The position numbers and the translations under genes are program-made. 64,000 bases of DNA from an uncultured Pelagibacteraceae bacterium (GTDB lineage: Bacteria; Pseudomonadota; Alphaproteobacteria; Pelagibacterales; Pelagibacteraceae). Below, piece by piece: positions 9,479 through 19,553 of this stretch. Within the stretch, counting starts at the first letter, position 1. Each line of letters starts with the position of its first letter. The stretch is from assembly GCA_902623305.1 (NCBI GenBank), contig CACNTB010000002.1, forward strand, positions 42,656-106,655. Reading direction: 5' to 3'. A model generated the notes under the pieces. The model was not told where the DNA came from. It made no database searches and was given only the letters and a program-made list of their open reading frames with translations.

Positions 9479-10390
9479 ATGTTTCAAATTAAAACCCTTA
9501 AGCCTAAAATTCTCTGGAAAGTGAGATGTACTTTAGGTGAGGGCACATTGTGGGTTAGAGAACATAACTCGATATATTTTACAGATATAAAAAAAAAGAA
9601 AATTTATTCATTAAATATAAAGACCAAAAAAAAAAATATTTACAAGTTAAGCAAAGAAATAGGTTTTTTAGCACATATCAAAGGTTATATATTTATATTA
9701 GGTCTTCAAGGTGAATTAAGAATTCAGAACTTGAAATCAAAAAAAATTTTAAAAACAATAAATATTGAATCAAATATAAAGTTAAATAGAATTAATGATG
9801 GAAAAACAGATCCTACTGGAAATCTCTGGTTTGGTACAATGGATAATCTGGAGAGAAAAATTGAAAAAGGTTCTTTATACAAATTAGACAAAAATTTAAA
9901 TTTAAATAAAGTAGATAAAAATTATAGAATTACTAATGGACCTGCATTCATTGATCAATTTAACTTTTACCATACAGATAGTGCTAAAAAACAAATTTAT
10001 AAAATCAAAATAAATAAAAATAATAAGATTATTAAAAAAAAAATATTTAAAAAATTTTCAATTCAAGATGGAGTACCTGATGGTATGACTTTAGATAAAA
10101 ACAATAATTTATGGGTAGCACATTTTCATGGAGCTTGCATTTCAGTATTTAATTCAAGGGCAAAACTAGTTCACAAAATAAACTTTCCCGCTAAAAATAT
10201 CACTAATTGTACATTTGGCGGGCAGAATAATAGTGAGCTTTTTGTTACGACTGCTACAAAAGGTATGAGTAAAGATGAAATGCGAAAATTTAGTTATTCT
10301 GGTTACTTATTTAGTGTAAAAACTAATACTAAAGGAATTTTGCAAAAAAAATTTTTAATAAAAAATGAAAAAAAAAGATCTTTATTATGA
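9479..10390 (+). CDS. SMP-30/gluconolactonase family sugar lactonase
   Basis: LGEG, RINDGKTDP.GNLWFGTM, TNGPAF, PDGMTLD, TNCTFGG motifs; start reassigned to ATG 9479. Confidence 0.85.
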   Translation: MFQIKTLKPKILWKVRCTLGEGTLWVREHNSIYFTDIKKKKIYSLNIKTKKKNIYKLSKEIGFLAHIKGYIFILGLQGELRIQNLKSKKILKTINIESNIKLNRINDGKTDPTGNLWFGTMDNLERKIEKGSLYKLDKNLNLNKVDKNYRITNGPAFIDQFNFYHTDSAKKQIYKIKINKNNKIIKKKIFKKFSIQDGVPDGMTLDKNNNLWVAHFHGACISVFNSRAKLVHKINFPAKNITNCTFGGQNNSELFVTTATKGMSKDEMRKFSYSGYLFSVKTNTKGILQKKFLIKNEKKRSLL

Positions 10391-13052
10391 AAGGATACCT
10401 ACAAAACTTTTTAGAGAAGATATTAGGTATTTAGGTAACATATTAGGTAGGGTTATTAAAAAACAAGAAGGTGAAAGTTTTTTTAATTTAGTTGAAAAAA
10501 TTAGAAAATTATCAAAAGCAAATAGAGCAAATAATAACTCAAAACATTCTTACAATAGAATAATAAGAGAAATTAAAAAATTAAATCCAAATACTACTTT
10601 AAAACTTACAAGAGCTTTTACTCATTTTATGAATTTTATTAATCTTGCCGAGTCAATTGATGCCTCAAGAAGTCTTAATATTTATGAAAATGATAAAAGA
10701 AATATTTCAAATAAAAATATTTTTATCGAGGAAATTTTTGAGGAGCTATTTGAAAATAAAAAGATACCAGACTCCAAAATATATAATCTTGCAAAAAATT
10801 TAAATATAGGAATTGTACTAACTGCTCATCCGACTGAAGTTAAAAGAAGAACTTTAATTCAAAAATATCACACTATTACAGAAATACTTGAACAAAGAGA
10901 ACTTTTAAAAAATTTTCCTACAAAATTAAAATTACTTGATAAAAAACTTTATGATGAATTTACCATTATATGGAACACAGATGACCTAAAAAGAGTAAGA
11001 CCAACTCCATTTGATGAGGCAAGATGGGGTTTGGCAATTATTGAAGATAGTTTGTGGGATACAATACCAAAAGTTTATCGAAGACTTAATTCTATATTTG
11101 TTCAAAATATGGGGAAAGGGTTGCCAAAAAATTTTAATCCAATCGAGTTTGGTTCATGGATGGGTGGAGATAGAGATGGGAATCCATTTGTAACATCCAA
11201 AGTTACTAAAGAAGTCATACTTTTATCTCGATGGGAAGCCGCAAAACTTTATGAAAAAGCTCTCACTAAAATTATTAGATCATATTCAATGCAAAATTGT
11301 TCTAAAAAAATAATTGACAAGGTTGGTATTACTTATGAACCTTATAGAGTTTTTTTGAGACCTTTAAGAGATAAAATGAGAAATACACATAGATTAATTG
11401 AACAGCATTTAATTCATAAAAAACCATTAGATCAAAATAAATTACTGAATACTAAAGAAGAAATTTTAAAACCTCTTAGAGTAGTGAGAGAGTCCCTAGA
11501 GGAAAACCAAAATGAAAATATAGCAGGCGGTGAATTGCTTGATTTAATGAGACGAGCTAAATGTTTTGGTATTAATTTAGCTAGATTGGATATTAGACAA
11601 GAGTCTTCTAGACATACTCAATTAATGAATGAATTAATAAAAAAAAAATTTAATAAAAATTATGGTCAGTTACCAGAGAACAAAAAAGTTGATTTTTTAA
11701 AATCATTAATTTTATCTAAAAAAAATATCATCAACAAATTTAATTTTAAAAATAAAGAAAACAAGGAGGTTTGGTCAACTTTTCAGGCTTTAGCTGAAGA
11801 GCCTGCTGAGTGTTTAGGCGCATATGTTATTTCTATGACAACATCTGCATCAGATATTTTATCTATTTCATTTTTACAAAAAGAGGCAAAAATAAAAGAA
11901 AAATTAAGAGTTGTCCCTTTATTTGAGACTTTAGATGATTTGATAAATGCTAATTCAATAATGGATAATTTATTTTCAAAAGCTTGGTACAGAAGACTAA
12001 TAAAGAATAAGCAGGAAGTGATGATTGGTTATTCAGACTCAAGCAAAGATGCAGGAAAAATTTGTGCAAGTTGGCACCAGTATAAAGCTCAAGAGCAAAT
12101 TGTTAAATTAGCAAAAAAATATGGAATACAAGTAGTTTTTTTTCATGGAAGAGGTGGATCAGCCGGTAGAGGAGGAGGACCTATTCAAGCAACTTTAAGA
12201 TCACAACCTCCTAATTCTGTTAATGGAAAAATCAGAATCACCGATCAAGGAGAAGTAATTCAGCAAAAATATGGATACGAACCTCTAGCCAAGTATAATT
12301 TGTGCAGCTACATTGGTGCTGTAACAGAGGCAACTTTAAATCCACCACCAATTCCAAAAAATAATTGGAGAACATTAATTGAAAAAATGTCAGATATTTC
12401 TAAAAGTTCTTATAGGAAAAACATAAATCAAAGCTCAGAATTTATAAAGTATTTTAAAACTGTAACACCTCATGTTGCGCTTGGAAAATTGTCAATAGGT
12501 TCAAGGCCTTCTAAAAGGAAAAATGTTGATAATATAAAAAGTTTAAGAGCTATACCTTGGGTTTTTGCTTGGACACAAATAAGATTAATGCTTCCGGCTT
12601 GGCTAGGAAGTGCTGAAGCGTTGAGGTATGCTAATATAAAACAATTTAGAAAAACTCTCTATGAAATGGAAAAAAAATGGCCATTTTTTAATTCTATGCT
12701 TGATATGCTTGATATGGTTATTTCAAAAGCTGATCCTGATATTTCAAAAATTTATGAGGAATATTTAGCTGATCAAAAACTTAAAAGAGTAGGTCAAAAA
12801 TTAAGGTATCAATTTGAAGCAATTAAAGAACTTAATAAAAAAATTACGCCTAAAGAAATTATAAAATTAAGAAAAGAGTTTAGAACTTCAGTAATTGTAA
12901 GAAATATATATTCAGAAGTTTTAAATATAATTCAACCAATCGTAATCAGCAAAATTAAAAAAAATAAAAACAAAAAAAATAAAAAATATTTAAACGACGC
13001 TCTTCTTACATCAATTGCAGGTATTTCTGCTGCCATGAAAAATACTGGTTAA
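10365..13052 (+). CDS. ppc: Phosphoenolpyruvate carboxylase
   Basis: LTAHPTE, WMGGDRDGNP, QEVMIGYSDSSKD, FHGRGG, LRAIPWVFAWTQ, terminal MKNTG. Confidence 0.97.
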   Translation: MKKKDLYYERIPTKLFREDIRYLGNILGRVIKKQEGESFFNLVEKIRKLSKANRANNNSKHSYNRIIREIKKLNPNTTLKLTRAFTHFMNFINLAESIDASRSLNIYENDKRNISNKNIFIEEIFEELFENKKIPDSKIYNLAKNLNIGIVLTAHPTEVKRRTLIQKYHTITEILEQRELLKNFPTKLKLLDKKLYDEFTIIWNTDDLKRVRPTPFDEARWGLAIIEDSLWDTIPKVYRRLNSIFVQNMGKGLPKNFNPIEFGSWMGGDRDGNPFVTSKVTKEVILLSRWEAAKLYEKALTKIIRSYSMQNCSKKIIDKVGITYEPYRVFLRPLRDKMRNTHRLIEQHLIHKKPLDQNKLLNTKEEILKPLRVVRESLEENQNENIAGGELLDLMRRAKCFGINLARLDIRQESSRHTQLMNELIKKKFNKNYGQLPENKKVDFLKSLILSKKNIINKFNFKNKENKEVWSTFQALAEEPAECLGAYVISMTTSASDILSISFLQKEAKIKEKLRVVPLFETLDDLINANSIMDNLFSKAWYRRLIKNKQEVMIGYSDSSKDAGKICASWHQYKAQEQIVKLAKKYGIQVVFFHGRGGSAGRGGGPIQATLRSQPPNSVNGKIRITDQGEVIQQKYGYEPLAKYNLCSYIGAVTEATLNPPPIPKNNWRTLIEKMSDISKSSYRKNINQSSEFIKYFKTVTPHVALGKLSIGSRPSKRKNVDNIKSLRAIPWVFAWTQIRLMLPAWLGSAEALRYANIKQFRKTLYEMEKKWPFFNSMLDMLDMVISKADPDISKIYEEYLADQKLKRVGQKLRYQFEAIKELNKKITPKEIIKLRKEFRTSVIVRNIYSEVLNIIQPIVISKIKKNKNKKNKKYLNDALLTSIAGISAAMKNTG

Positions 13053-13760
13053 ATGCTTGAATTTTTAATTGCTTTTGGAGCTGGACTAATAAGTTTTTTG
13101 TCTCCATGTGTATTACCTTTGATACCTGGTTATATTTCTTATATCTCAGGTCAGTCTTTGCAAAACATATTAGACTCAAAAAAAATAAATTTATTTCCTT
13201 TGGTTCTATTTTGTTTGGGTTTTTCAAGTGTATTTATAATTTTAGGAGCTTCTGCTTCTTTTTTAGGTCAAGCACTTTTACAAAATTCAGAAATTCTTAG
13301 AATAATTGCTGGTATTGTTATAATTATTTTCTCACTTCAATTAATCGGATTAATAAACATTTCTTATTTAAATTTTGAAAAAAGATTTGATGCAAAAAAA
13401 TCTAAAAATATTTTTTTCCCGTATATAATTGGTTTGGCTTTTGGATTTGGCTGGACGCCTTGCATAGGGCCTATTTTAGGTTCAATATTAGCTTTAGCAT
13501 CAATAGAGGAAACATTATCAAGAGCAATTTTATTATTAATATTTTACTCTTTAGGTCTTGCTATACCTTTTGTATTATCAGGATATTTAATTCAAAGATT
13601 TTTATTGTTATCAAAAAATTTCAAAAAAAATATTAATTTGATATCCAAATCTGGAGGTATCATTCTTTTGGTTACAGGTGTTTTGATATTAACTAATCAA
13701 CTACAAGCAGTTGGTTTTTACATAATTGAAATCTTTCCATTTATGCAAAATTTCGGATAA
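13053..13760 (+). CDS. ccdA: Cytochrome c biogenesis protein CcdA
   Basis: SFLSPCVLPLIP and GWTPCIGPILG motifs. Confidence 0.93.
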   Translation: MLEFLIAFGAGLISFLSPCVLPLIPGYISYISGQSLQNILDSKKINLFPLVLFCLGFSSVFIILGASASFLGQALLQNSEILRIIAGIVIIIFSLQLIGLINISYLNFEKRFDAKKSKNIFFPYIIGLAFGFGWTPCIGPILGSILALASIEETLSRAILLLIFYSLGLAIPFVLSGYLIQRFLLLSKNFKKNINLISKSGGIILLVTGVLILTNQLQAVGFYIIEIFPFMQNFG

Positions 13761-13769
13761 AAGTTATAT

Positions 13770-14357
13770 ATGAAAATTTATCAAATAGACTCCAGTGCTC
13801 GAAAAAAAGGTTCTACTTCTAGAGCTTTAGCAAAAAAACTTTTGGATAAAATTAAAAAACCAGAGGACGAAGTAATTTACCGAGATTTAGATGATGAGAT
13901 GCTTTTTGTTAGTGGGCTTACTGAATCAGGAATGAAAATAGATGAAAAAGATCAAACACACGAGCACAAAAAAATGTTCGAACTTTCTGACAAGCTTGTA
14001 AAAGAATTAAAAGATAGTGATGTCATAATAATTTCAGCACCAATTTATAATTATGGTCCTCCAGCAACCCTTAAAGCTTGGTCAGATTTAGCTGCTAGAA
14101 TTGGTGAGACTTTCAGATTTAAACCAAATGGTAGAAGAGAAGGGCTATTAAAAAATAAACAAGCTTATTTAGTTATAACATCTGGAGGAACAAAACTAAA
14201 TAGTTCAGAAGATTTTTTAACTCCATGGCTTAAATTTATTCTTAATTTTTTTGGAATAAAAAAAGTGGACATAATCAGTGCTGACCAAATGGCGCTAGAT
14301 TATGAAAAATCAATAAAAGAAGCTGAAACACAAATAGAAAATTTATTTAAAGATTAA
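13770..14357 (+). CDS. azoR: FMN-dependent NADH-azoreductase
   Basis: IDSSAR..GSTSR, APIYNYGPPATLKAWSD..ARIGETF. Confidence 0.8.
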   Translation: MKIYQIDSSARKKGSTSRALAKKLLDKIKKPEDEVIYRDLDDEMLFVSGLTESGMKIDEKDQTHEHKKMFELSDKLVKELKDSDVIIISAPIYNYGPPATLKAWSDLAARIGETFRFKPNGRREGLLKNKQAYLVITSGGTKLNSSEDFLTPWLKFILNFFGIKKVDIISADQMALDYEKSIKEAETQIENLFKD

Positions 14358-15450
14358 ATTTTCTTTTTAAATGCCTGAGTTTTCCCTCAGTGCTATCATA
14401 ATCAATATAACAACCTTGTAGAAATCTCTCACCTTCCTTTGTCTCGTAAGCTGTTCTTCCGTGGAGAAGTCTGTGATTATCCATCATCATTAAGTCTTTT
14501 GGCTCGAGTTTAAATTCAATTCTATATTTATCTGAATTATACATTTCAGATATTTTTTTCCTTGCTTGATAGTATAAATCTAATTCATCTTTTTCTAAAA
14601 TTGGAACATAGTCTAATCGAGGACTAAATCTTACTTGTTTGAAACTTTTGTCCCCATTTAGTTCAATCAAAGGAGAGACAGTTTCTAAAATCACCTCTTT
14701 GTCTATAAATCTAAATCTGACTTTTACCTCAGTTAGAATTTTATAAAATTCTGGATATTGATTTTTTAAATCTTCAGTAACTGTATATCCATCCACCAAA
14801 GTCGATAATCCACCTGAAACTTTACTTTCTATACAATGTAAAAGTTGAATACATGGAACAGGATTTCTATAAGGATTATCGGTATGAGGAGCTAAAGCTA
14901 AAGATGTATAAGCAAGATCGTTTGGATCTGGTTTAGATTTTACATCAAAATATTCACCAAAATTTGTTCTACGAACACTCCCTATAGAATTTGCAAATTT
15001 TACAATGTAATTTTTTGATGTTGGAATATTTTTTAATATAACAAATCCATATTTATAAAAAGAAACAAGCAAATCATACATTTCTTTACTCTCATAAAAA
15101 TTCTCTTGGTATTCAAAATTTTTTATATTTTTTAAAGTTGAGTTCCATTTGATTTTTTCAATAGATTTTATGACAATGTCTTCTTTAGAAAACTCAGAAG
15201 TAATTTTTTCAATTTCTAGTTTTGAATTAACACCATCATTAAAATCAACTTCTAAGTACTTTTCATTAAGATTTACTCTTTTAATTGAAACATCATTACT
15301 TAAGAAAGTTGGATCAAAAAGTCTTTGCTGAGTTCCTTTGTCCAAATACTCCTCACCATTTACTCTTTCACGTAACCAAAATGGGTGAATTTCTTTTTTT
15401 TCGGACCCATTATTAAAATAAACTTTATTTTCAATTAGTTCGATTTTCAT
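14347..15450 (-). CDS. TauD/TfdA family 2OG-Fe(II) dioxygenase, gamma-butyrobetaine hydroxylase-like
   Basis: FWLRER..TQQRLFD N-domain, HTDNPY iron ligands, DNHRLLHGR, R.LQGCY. Confidence 0.8.
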   Translation of the reverse strand: MKIELIENKVYFNNGSEKKEIHPFWLRERVNGEEYLDKGTQQRLFDPTFLSNDVSIKRVNLNEKYLEVDFNDGVNSKLEIEKITSEFSKEDIVIKSIEKIKWNSTLKNIKNFEYQENFYESKEMYDLLVSFYKYGFVILKNIPTSKNYIVKFANSIGSVRRTNFGEYFDVKSKPDPNDLAYTSLALAPHTDNPYRNPVPCIQLLHCIESKVSGGLSTLVDGYTVTEDLKNQYPEFYKILTEVKVRFRFIDKEVILETVSPLIELNGDKSFKQVRFSPRLDYVPILEKDELDLYYQARKKISEMYNSDKYRIEFKLEPKDLMMMDNHRLLHGRTAYETKEGERFLQGCYIDYDSTEGKLRHLKRKFNL

Positions 15451-15517
15451 AATTTTAACCCAAGAATTATTTAAAATTTAACTTTAATCAACATAAATTA
15501 AATAGTAAGAGTTCCTT

Positions 15518-16324
15518 GTGAAAAAATTTGATACAAAAAAATATCCAATATATTCAAGCTTTTTAAATCAGTTGGCTAAAGACTTAACAAAGTTTTATTA
15601 TAGCAAATTAGATAAACCATTCAAAATAACTAACAAGCTTAAAGGTAAGGGTTATGACCCAGTAACCACGTCTGATAAAGCGTTTGAAAAATTCATAAGA
15701 TCTAGAATTTCAAAAAAATTTCCAAACCACCAAATTATAGGAGAAGAGTTTGGTCATAAAAATACAAAGAGTAAATTTTCTTGGGTAATTGATCCAATTG
15801 ATGGAACAAGATCATACGTTGTTGGTAATCCTAGTTGGAGCAATCTTATTTCACTTAATTATAATGGTGAGCCTGTTTTAGGACTAGCTAATTTTCCAAA
15901 AATGAAGAAATATTATTTAAACTTAAATAAAAATTCTGCCTATGTTTTTGAGAATAATAAAAAAAGAAAATTAAAAATTAACACCAAGCTAAATTTTGCA
16001 AACGCAAAATTAGCAGCAGCATTTCATCATCATTTATCATTAAAACAGCAACTAAAAATTACTAAGTTTATAAGACGAATGCAATTTCCATGTTTTGATG
16101 CTTTGACATATTGTCAATTGGCAGAAGGTAGAGTCGAAATAGTTGCTCAATGCGCTAATAAAATTTGGGACATCCACCCATTGATACCGATTGTAAGAGC
16201 AGCAGGAGCAATAATAACTACATGGGATAATAAAAACCCTGTGTTAGGTGGAAATATACTTGTTTCTAATAATACACAAAATCATCAAAAAGTTTTAAAA
16301 TTATTAAAACCAGTTTCTAAATGA
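15518..16324 (+). CDS. hisN: Inositol monophosphatase family protein, probable histidinol-phosphatase
   Basis: DPVTTSD, GEEFG, WVIDPIDGTRS, WD..PLIPIVRAAG..ITTWD; GTG start. Confidence 0.65.
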   Translation: MKKFDTKKYPIYSSFLNQLAKDLTKFYYSKLDKPFKITNKLKGKGYDPVTTSDKAFEKFIRSRISKKFPNHQIIGEEFGHKNTKSKFSWVIDPIDGTRSYVVGNPSWSNLISLNYNGEPVLGLANFPKMKKYYLNLNKNSAYVFENNKKRKLKINTKLNFANAKLAAAFHHHLSLKQQLKITKFIRRMQFPCFDALTYCQLAEGRVEIVAQCANKIWDIHPLIPIVRAAGAIITTWDNKNPVLGGNILVSNNTQNHQKVLKLLKPVSK

Positions 16325-17049
16325 AAAAAAAATTTTTAATATTTATACCAGCTTATAATGTTGAAAATGAACTTTATTCTGTATTTAAAAGAATTCCAAA
16401 AAAAATTTTTGTAAACAGAAATATTAAAATATTAATTATAAATGATAACTCGACTGATAGTACGAGTAAAATAATACTTAAAATAAAAAATAATTTTAAA
16501 TTTCCAATAAATGTACACAACTTTAAAAAAAATTTAGGTTATGGAGGTGTTCAAAAATTTGCATTTAATTATGCAATTAAAAAAAAATTTGATTTTGTAA
16601 TAATGCTTCATGGAGACGGACAATATAGACCTGAAAGTTTGCCTCAAATTATAAAAGCATACAATGATGAAAAAAATGATGCAGTTTTTGGATCAAGAAT
16701 GATGTCCTATAAAAGTGCATTAAAAGGAGGAATGCCCTTTTATAAATTTATAGGAAATATATTCCTTACTTTTGTGCAAAATATAATATTAGGTTCAAAT
16801 ATGAGTGAATTTCATTCAGGTTATAGAAGCTATAAGGTTTCTAAATTAAAAAAAATTAAATTCAAAAAAAAATCAAATTATTATCATTTCGATACTGAAA
16901 TGGTTATAGAATTTTTAAATAAAAAATTTAAAATTTTAGAAATTCCACAACCTACTTTTTACGGTGATGAAGTATCTCATCTTAAGTCAATTCCCTATGG
17001 ATTGAACGTTTTATGGGTTACATTTAAATCTAAGTTTGATAAGAAATAA
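16321..17049 (+). CDS. Glycosyltransferase family 2
   Basis: IFIPAYN, INDNSTD, NLGYGG.QK, MLHGDGQY, SEFHSGYRSY. Confidence 0.88.
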   Translation: MKKKFLIFIPAYNVENELYSVFKRIPKKIFVNRNIKILIINDNSTDSTSKIILKIKNNFKFPINVHNFKKNLGYGGVQKFAFNYAIKKKFDFVIMLHGDGQYRPESLPQIIKAYNDEKNDAVFGSRMMSYKSALKGGMPFYKFIGNIFLTFVQNIILGSNMSEFHSGYRSYKVSKLKKIKFKKKSNYYHFDTEMVIEFLNKKFKILEIPQPTFYGDEVSHLKSIPYGLNVLWVTFKSKFDKK

Positions 17050-17050
17050 T

Positions 17051-18055
17051 ATGCATGTATTTATAACGGGTATTGCGGGTTTTCTTGGTGCTAATCTTGC
17101 CGATTATTATGTTTCAAAAGGATTTAAAGTTTCAGGCTGTGATAACTTAGTTGGAGGAACTTTAGATAATATTGACAATAAAAAAATCAAATTTTTTAAG
17201 GCAAATTGTGAAAATTTAGAGGAAATGAAACCAATCATGAAAAATATTGATGTTGTAATTCATGCTGCAGCTTATCCACATGAAGGATTATCATCCTTTT
17301 CACCATTTTTAATATGCAAAAGTAATTTTACAGGATCAGTGTCTGTTTTCACAGCTGCCATACAAAACAATGTAAAAAGAATTGTCTTTTGTTCATCTAT
17401 GGCGAGGTATGGAGATGTTAAACCTCCTTTTACAGAGGAGCAAAAAGTTAACCCAGTTGATCCTTATGGAGTTTCAAAATTAGCTGCTGAAAATGTTTTA
17501 AAAATTATGTCTAAAACACATGGGTTTGAGTACAATATAGCAGTCCCACATAATATTATTGGACCCAAACAAAAATATGACGATCCATTTAGAAATGTAG
17601 TGTCAATAATGACAAATTTAATTTTACAAAATAGAAGACCAATCATTTATGGAGACGGGAAACAAACTAGAAATTTTTCTGACATTGATGATTGTATATT
17701 TTGTATTGATAAGTTGGCTACAGATAAAAAAATAGTTTCTCAGATTGTGAATATTGGACCAGATGAAGAAAGTATTACCATAAATGAGTTATATAAAATT
17801 CTTGTAAATAAATTAAAATTTAATGAACCAGCTAAATATGTTGAAGATAGACCCAATGAAGTTAAAAATGCAACTTGTTCCTCAGATAAAGCTAGAAAAA
17901 TTTTAAATTATAGAACAACTGTAACTTTAGATGAGTCCATTGATAAAGTAATTGAATTTATAAAAAAAAAGGGACCAAAAGAATTTGAATATAATTATGA
18001 ATTAGAAATACATAATGATTTAACTCCAAAAACATGGAAGAATAAAATTTTCTAA
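17051..18055 (+). CDS. NAD-dependent epimerase/dehydratase
   Basis: ITGIAGFLG, CSSMARYG, YGVSK; start reassigned to ATG 17051. Confidence 0.88.
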   Translation: MHVFITGIAGFLGANLADYYVSKGFKVSGCDNLVGGTLDNIDNKKIKFFKANCENLEEMKPIMKNIDVVIHAAAYPHEGLSSFSPFLICKSNFTGSVSVFTAAIQNNVKRIVFCSSMARYGDVKPPFTEEQKVNPVDPYGVSKLAAENVLKIMSKTHGFEYNIAVPHNIIGPKQKYDDPFRNVVSIMTNLILQNRRPIIYGDGKQTRNFSDIDDCIFCIDKLATDKKIVSQIVNIGPDEESITINELYKILVNKLKFNEPAKYVEDRPNEVKNATCSSDKARKILNYRTTVTLDESIDKVIEFIKKKGPKEFEYNYELEIHNDLTPKTWKNKIF

Positions 18056-18070
18056 TTAATTGATTTTTAA

Positions 18071-18634
18071 ATGATACCTGTTAAAGCACAAGAAATTTTA
18101 GACTTTTGGTTTAAAGAAACTCCTTCCGAAATGCGTTTTAAAAAAGATGAAAAATTAGATCAAAAAATTAAAGATAAATTTTTAAATGATTACGAACTTG
18201 CTTGTAAGAATGATTATGATGATTGGCAAGATAATCCTATGAGTTGTCTAGCATTAGTAATTTTATTTGATCAATTTTCAAGAAATATGTTTAGAAATGA
18301 CAGAAAAGCTTTTGCTCAAGATCAAAAAACTAGATTGATTGTAAACGATGCAGTTTACTCAGGTTATTTAGAAGCTATGAACGTTAATCAAAGATTTTTT
18401 ATGTTGTTGCCATTGATACATAGTGAGGAAATTAGTGATCATGAAATGGCTTATTACTTATTAAATAAATATTTAAGAGAACATGAAGGCTATAACAAAA
18501 TAAAAAAATTTTGGCAAGATCATACAAAAGTAATCAGACAATTTCACAGGTATCCTCATAGAAATGAAATTTTAGGAAGAGAATCTACTGAAGAAGAAAT
18601 AGAATTTTTAAAAGGTCCAAATTCTTCATGGTAA
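18071..18634 (+). CDS. DUF924 family protein
   Basis: ILDFWF, ILFDQFSRNMFR, LPLIHSE, FHRYPHRNEILGRESTEEE. Confidence 0.88.
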   Translation: MIPVKAQEILDFWFKETPSEMRFKKDEKLDQKIKDKFLNDYELACKNDYDDWQDNPMSCLALVILFDQFSRNMFRNDRKAFAQDQKTRLIVNDAVYSGYLEAMNVNQRFFMLLPLIHSEEISDHEMAYYLLNKYLREHEGYNKIKKFWQDHTKVIRQFHRYPHRNEILGRESTEEEIEFLKGPNSSW

Positions 18635-18635
18635 A

Positions 18636-19007
18636 ATGAATTTAGAATTTATTTTTAAAGTTATCGATAAACAAGAGTGGCATAAGGCTAAACAATCCGG
18701 AACTTATTGCGGGTCAAAAAAAGATCTTAAAGATGGATATATTCACTTTTCAGAAGAGGATCAGGTAGAGGAAACTTTAAATAAACATTACCCCAAAAAG
18801 GAAAATCTAGTTTTATTAAGAGTAAATGCTTTTAGGCTTGAACATTTATTGTGGGAACAGGCATCGAATGGAGATATGTATCCACATTTATATTCACCTT
18901 TAGATACTAGCATGGTTGTTAATGAATACGAGTTACCGTTAAATGAAGATGGAAGTCATGAACTTCCAGAGATTTTAAAAAAGTATCAATTTAGTCGTCC
19001 TAGATAA
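18636..19007 (+). CDS. DUF952 family protein
   Basis: DLKDGYIHFS..QV and YPHLYSPL motifs. Confidence 0.85.
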   Translation: MNLEFIFKVIDKQEWHKAKQSGTYCGSKKDLKDGYIHFSEEDQVEETLNKHYPKKENLVLLRVNAFRLEHLLWEQASNGDMYPHLYSPLDTSMVVNEYELPLNEDGSHELPEILKKYQFSRPR

Positions 19008-19321
19008 TTAACCATTATTACACCAATAATAATTAAGATAATTCCAATAATCCCATAGAGATTAGGTACTTGATTTAATTTTAGTACAGCAAAAAGCACA
19101 ACACCAGTAACTGTTAACCCACTATATGTTGCATATGCAAAACCAACAGGAAGAGCATGCATAGCTTTGGCAATTGAAAACATAGTTATACACATAAACA
19201 ATATACATAAAACAGATGGGGTCAGTTTTGTAAATCCTTCAGAAATTTTAGCCAAACTATTTGATGCAATACCAAATGAAATTCCAACAGCTAAAAATAT
19301 ATATCCTAATAATGGTTTCAT
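18986..19321 (-). CDS. SMR/DMT family small transporter (atypical, Glu14 position is Gly)
   Basis: 4 TM, KISEGFTK, LPVGFAYATYSG, IIGIILIIIGV. Confidence 0.8.
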   Translation of the reverse strand: MKPLLGYIFLAVGISFGIASNSLAKISEGFTKLTPSVLCILFMCITMFSIAKAMHALPVGFAYATYSGLTVTGVVLFAVLKLNQVPNLYGIIGIILIIIGVIMVNYLGRLN

Positions 19322-19323
19322 AA

Positions 19324-19551
19324 TTATTCTTTTGATGCAATTTTATTAACCAAGGGTCTCATTAAAGGAGCTAAAGTAAATGCAGCTATTAAAGCAATGG
19401 GGTATGCAAACATTATAGAATATCCCCATCTAAAAAAGAAACCATCTGAAACTCCTGTATTTACAGCTACAACAACACCACTCATGATAACACTCATACC
19501 TAAAGACATTAAAATCATAAATAGAGGTTGTGCATATTTCTTATTAATCAT
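19324..19551 (-). CDS. DUF2798-like small membrane protein
   Basis: ILMSLGMSVIMSG...FFFRW...FAYPIA pattern. Confidence 0.7.
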   Translation of the reverse strand: MINKKYAQPLFMILMSLGMSVIMSGVVVAVNTGVSDGFFFRWGYSIMFAYPIALIAAFTLAPLMRPLVNKIASKE

Positions 19552-19553
19552 GA

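Noticed and set aside
9626-9636. Poly-A run in the lactonase gene, and similar runs elsewhere, as phase-variation sites
   Set aside because: Frames are intact and A runs are ubiquitous Lys codons in this AT-rich DNA.
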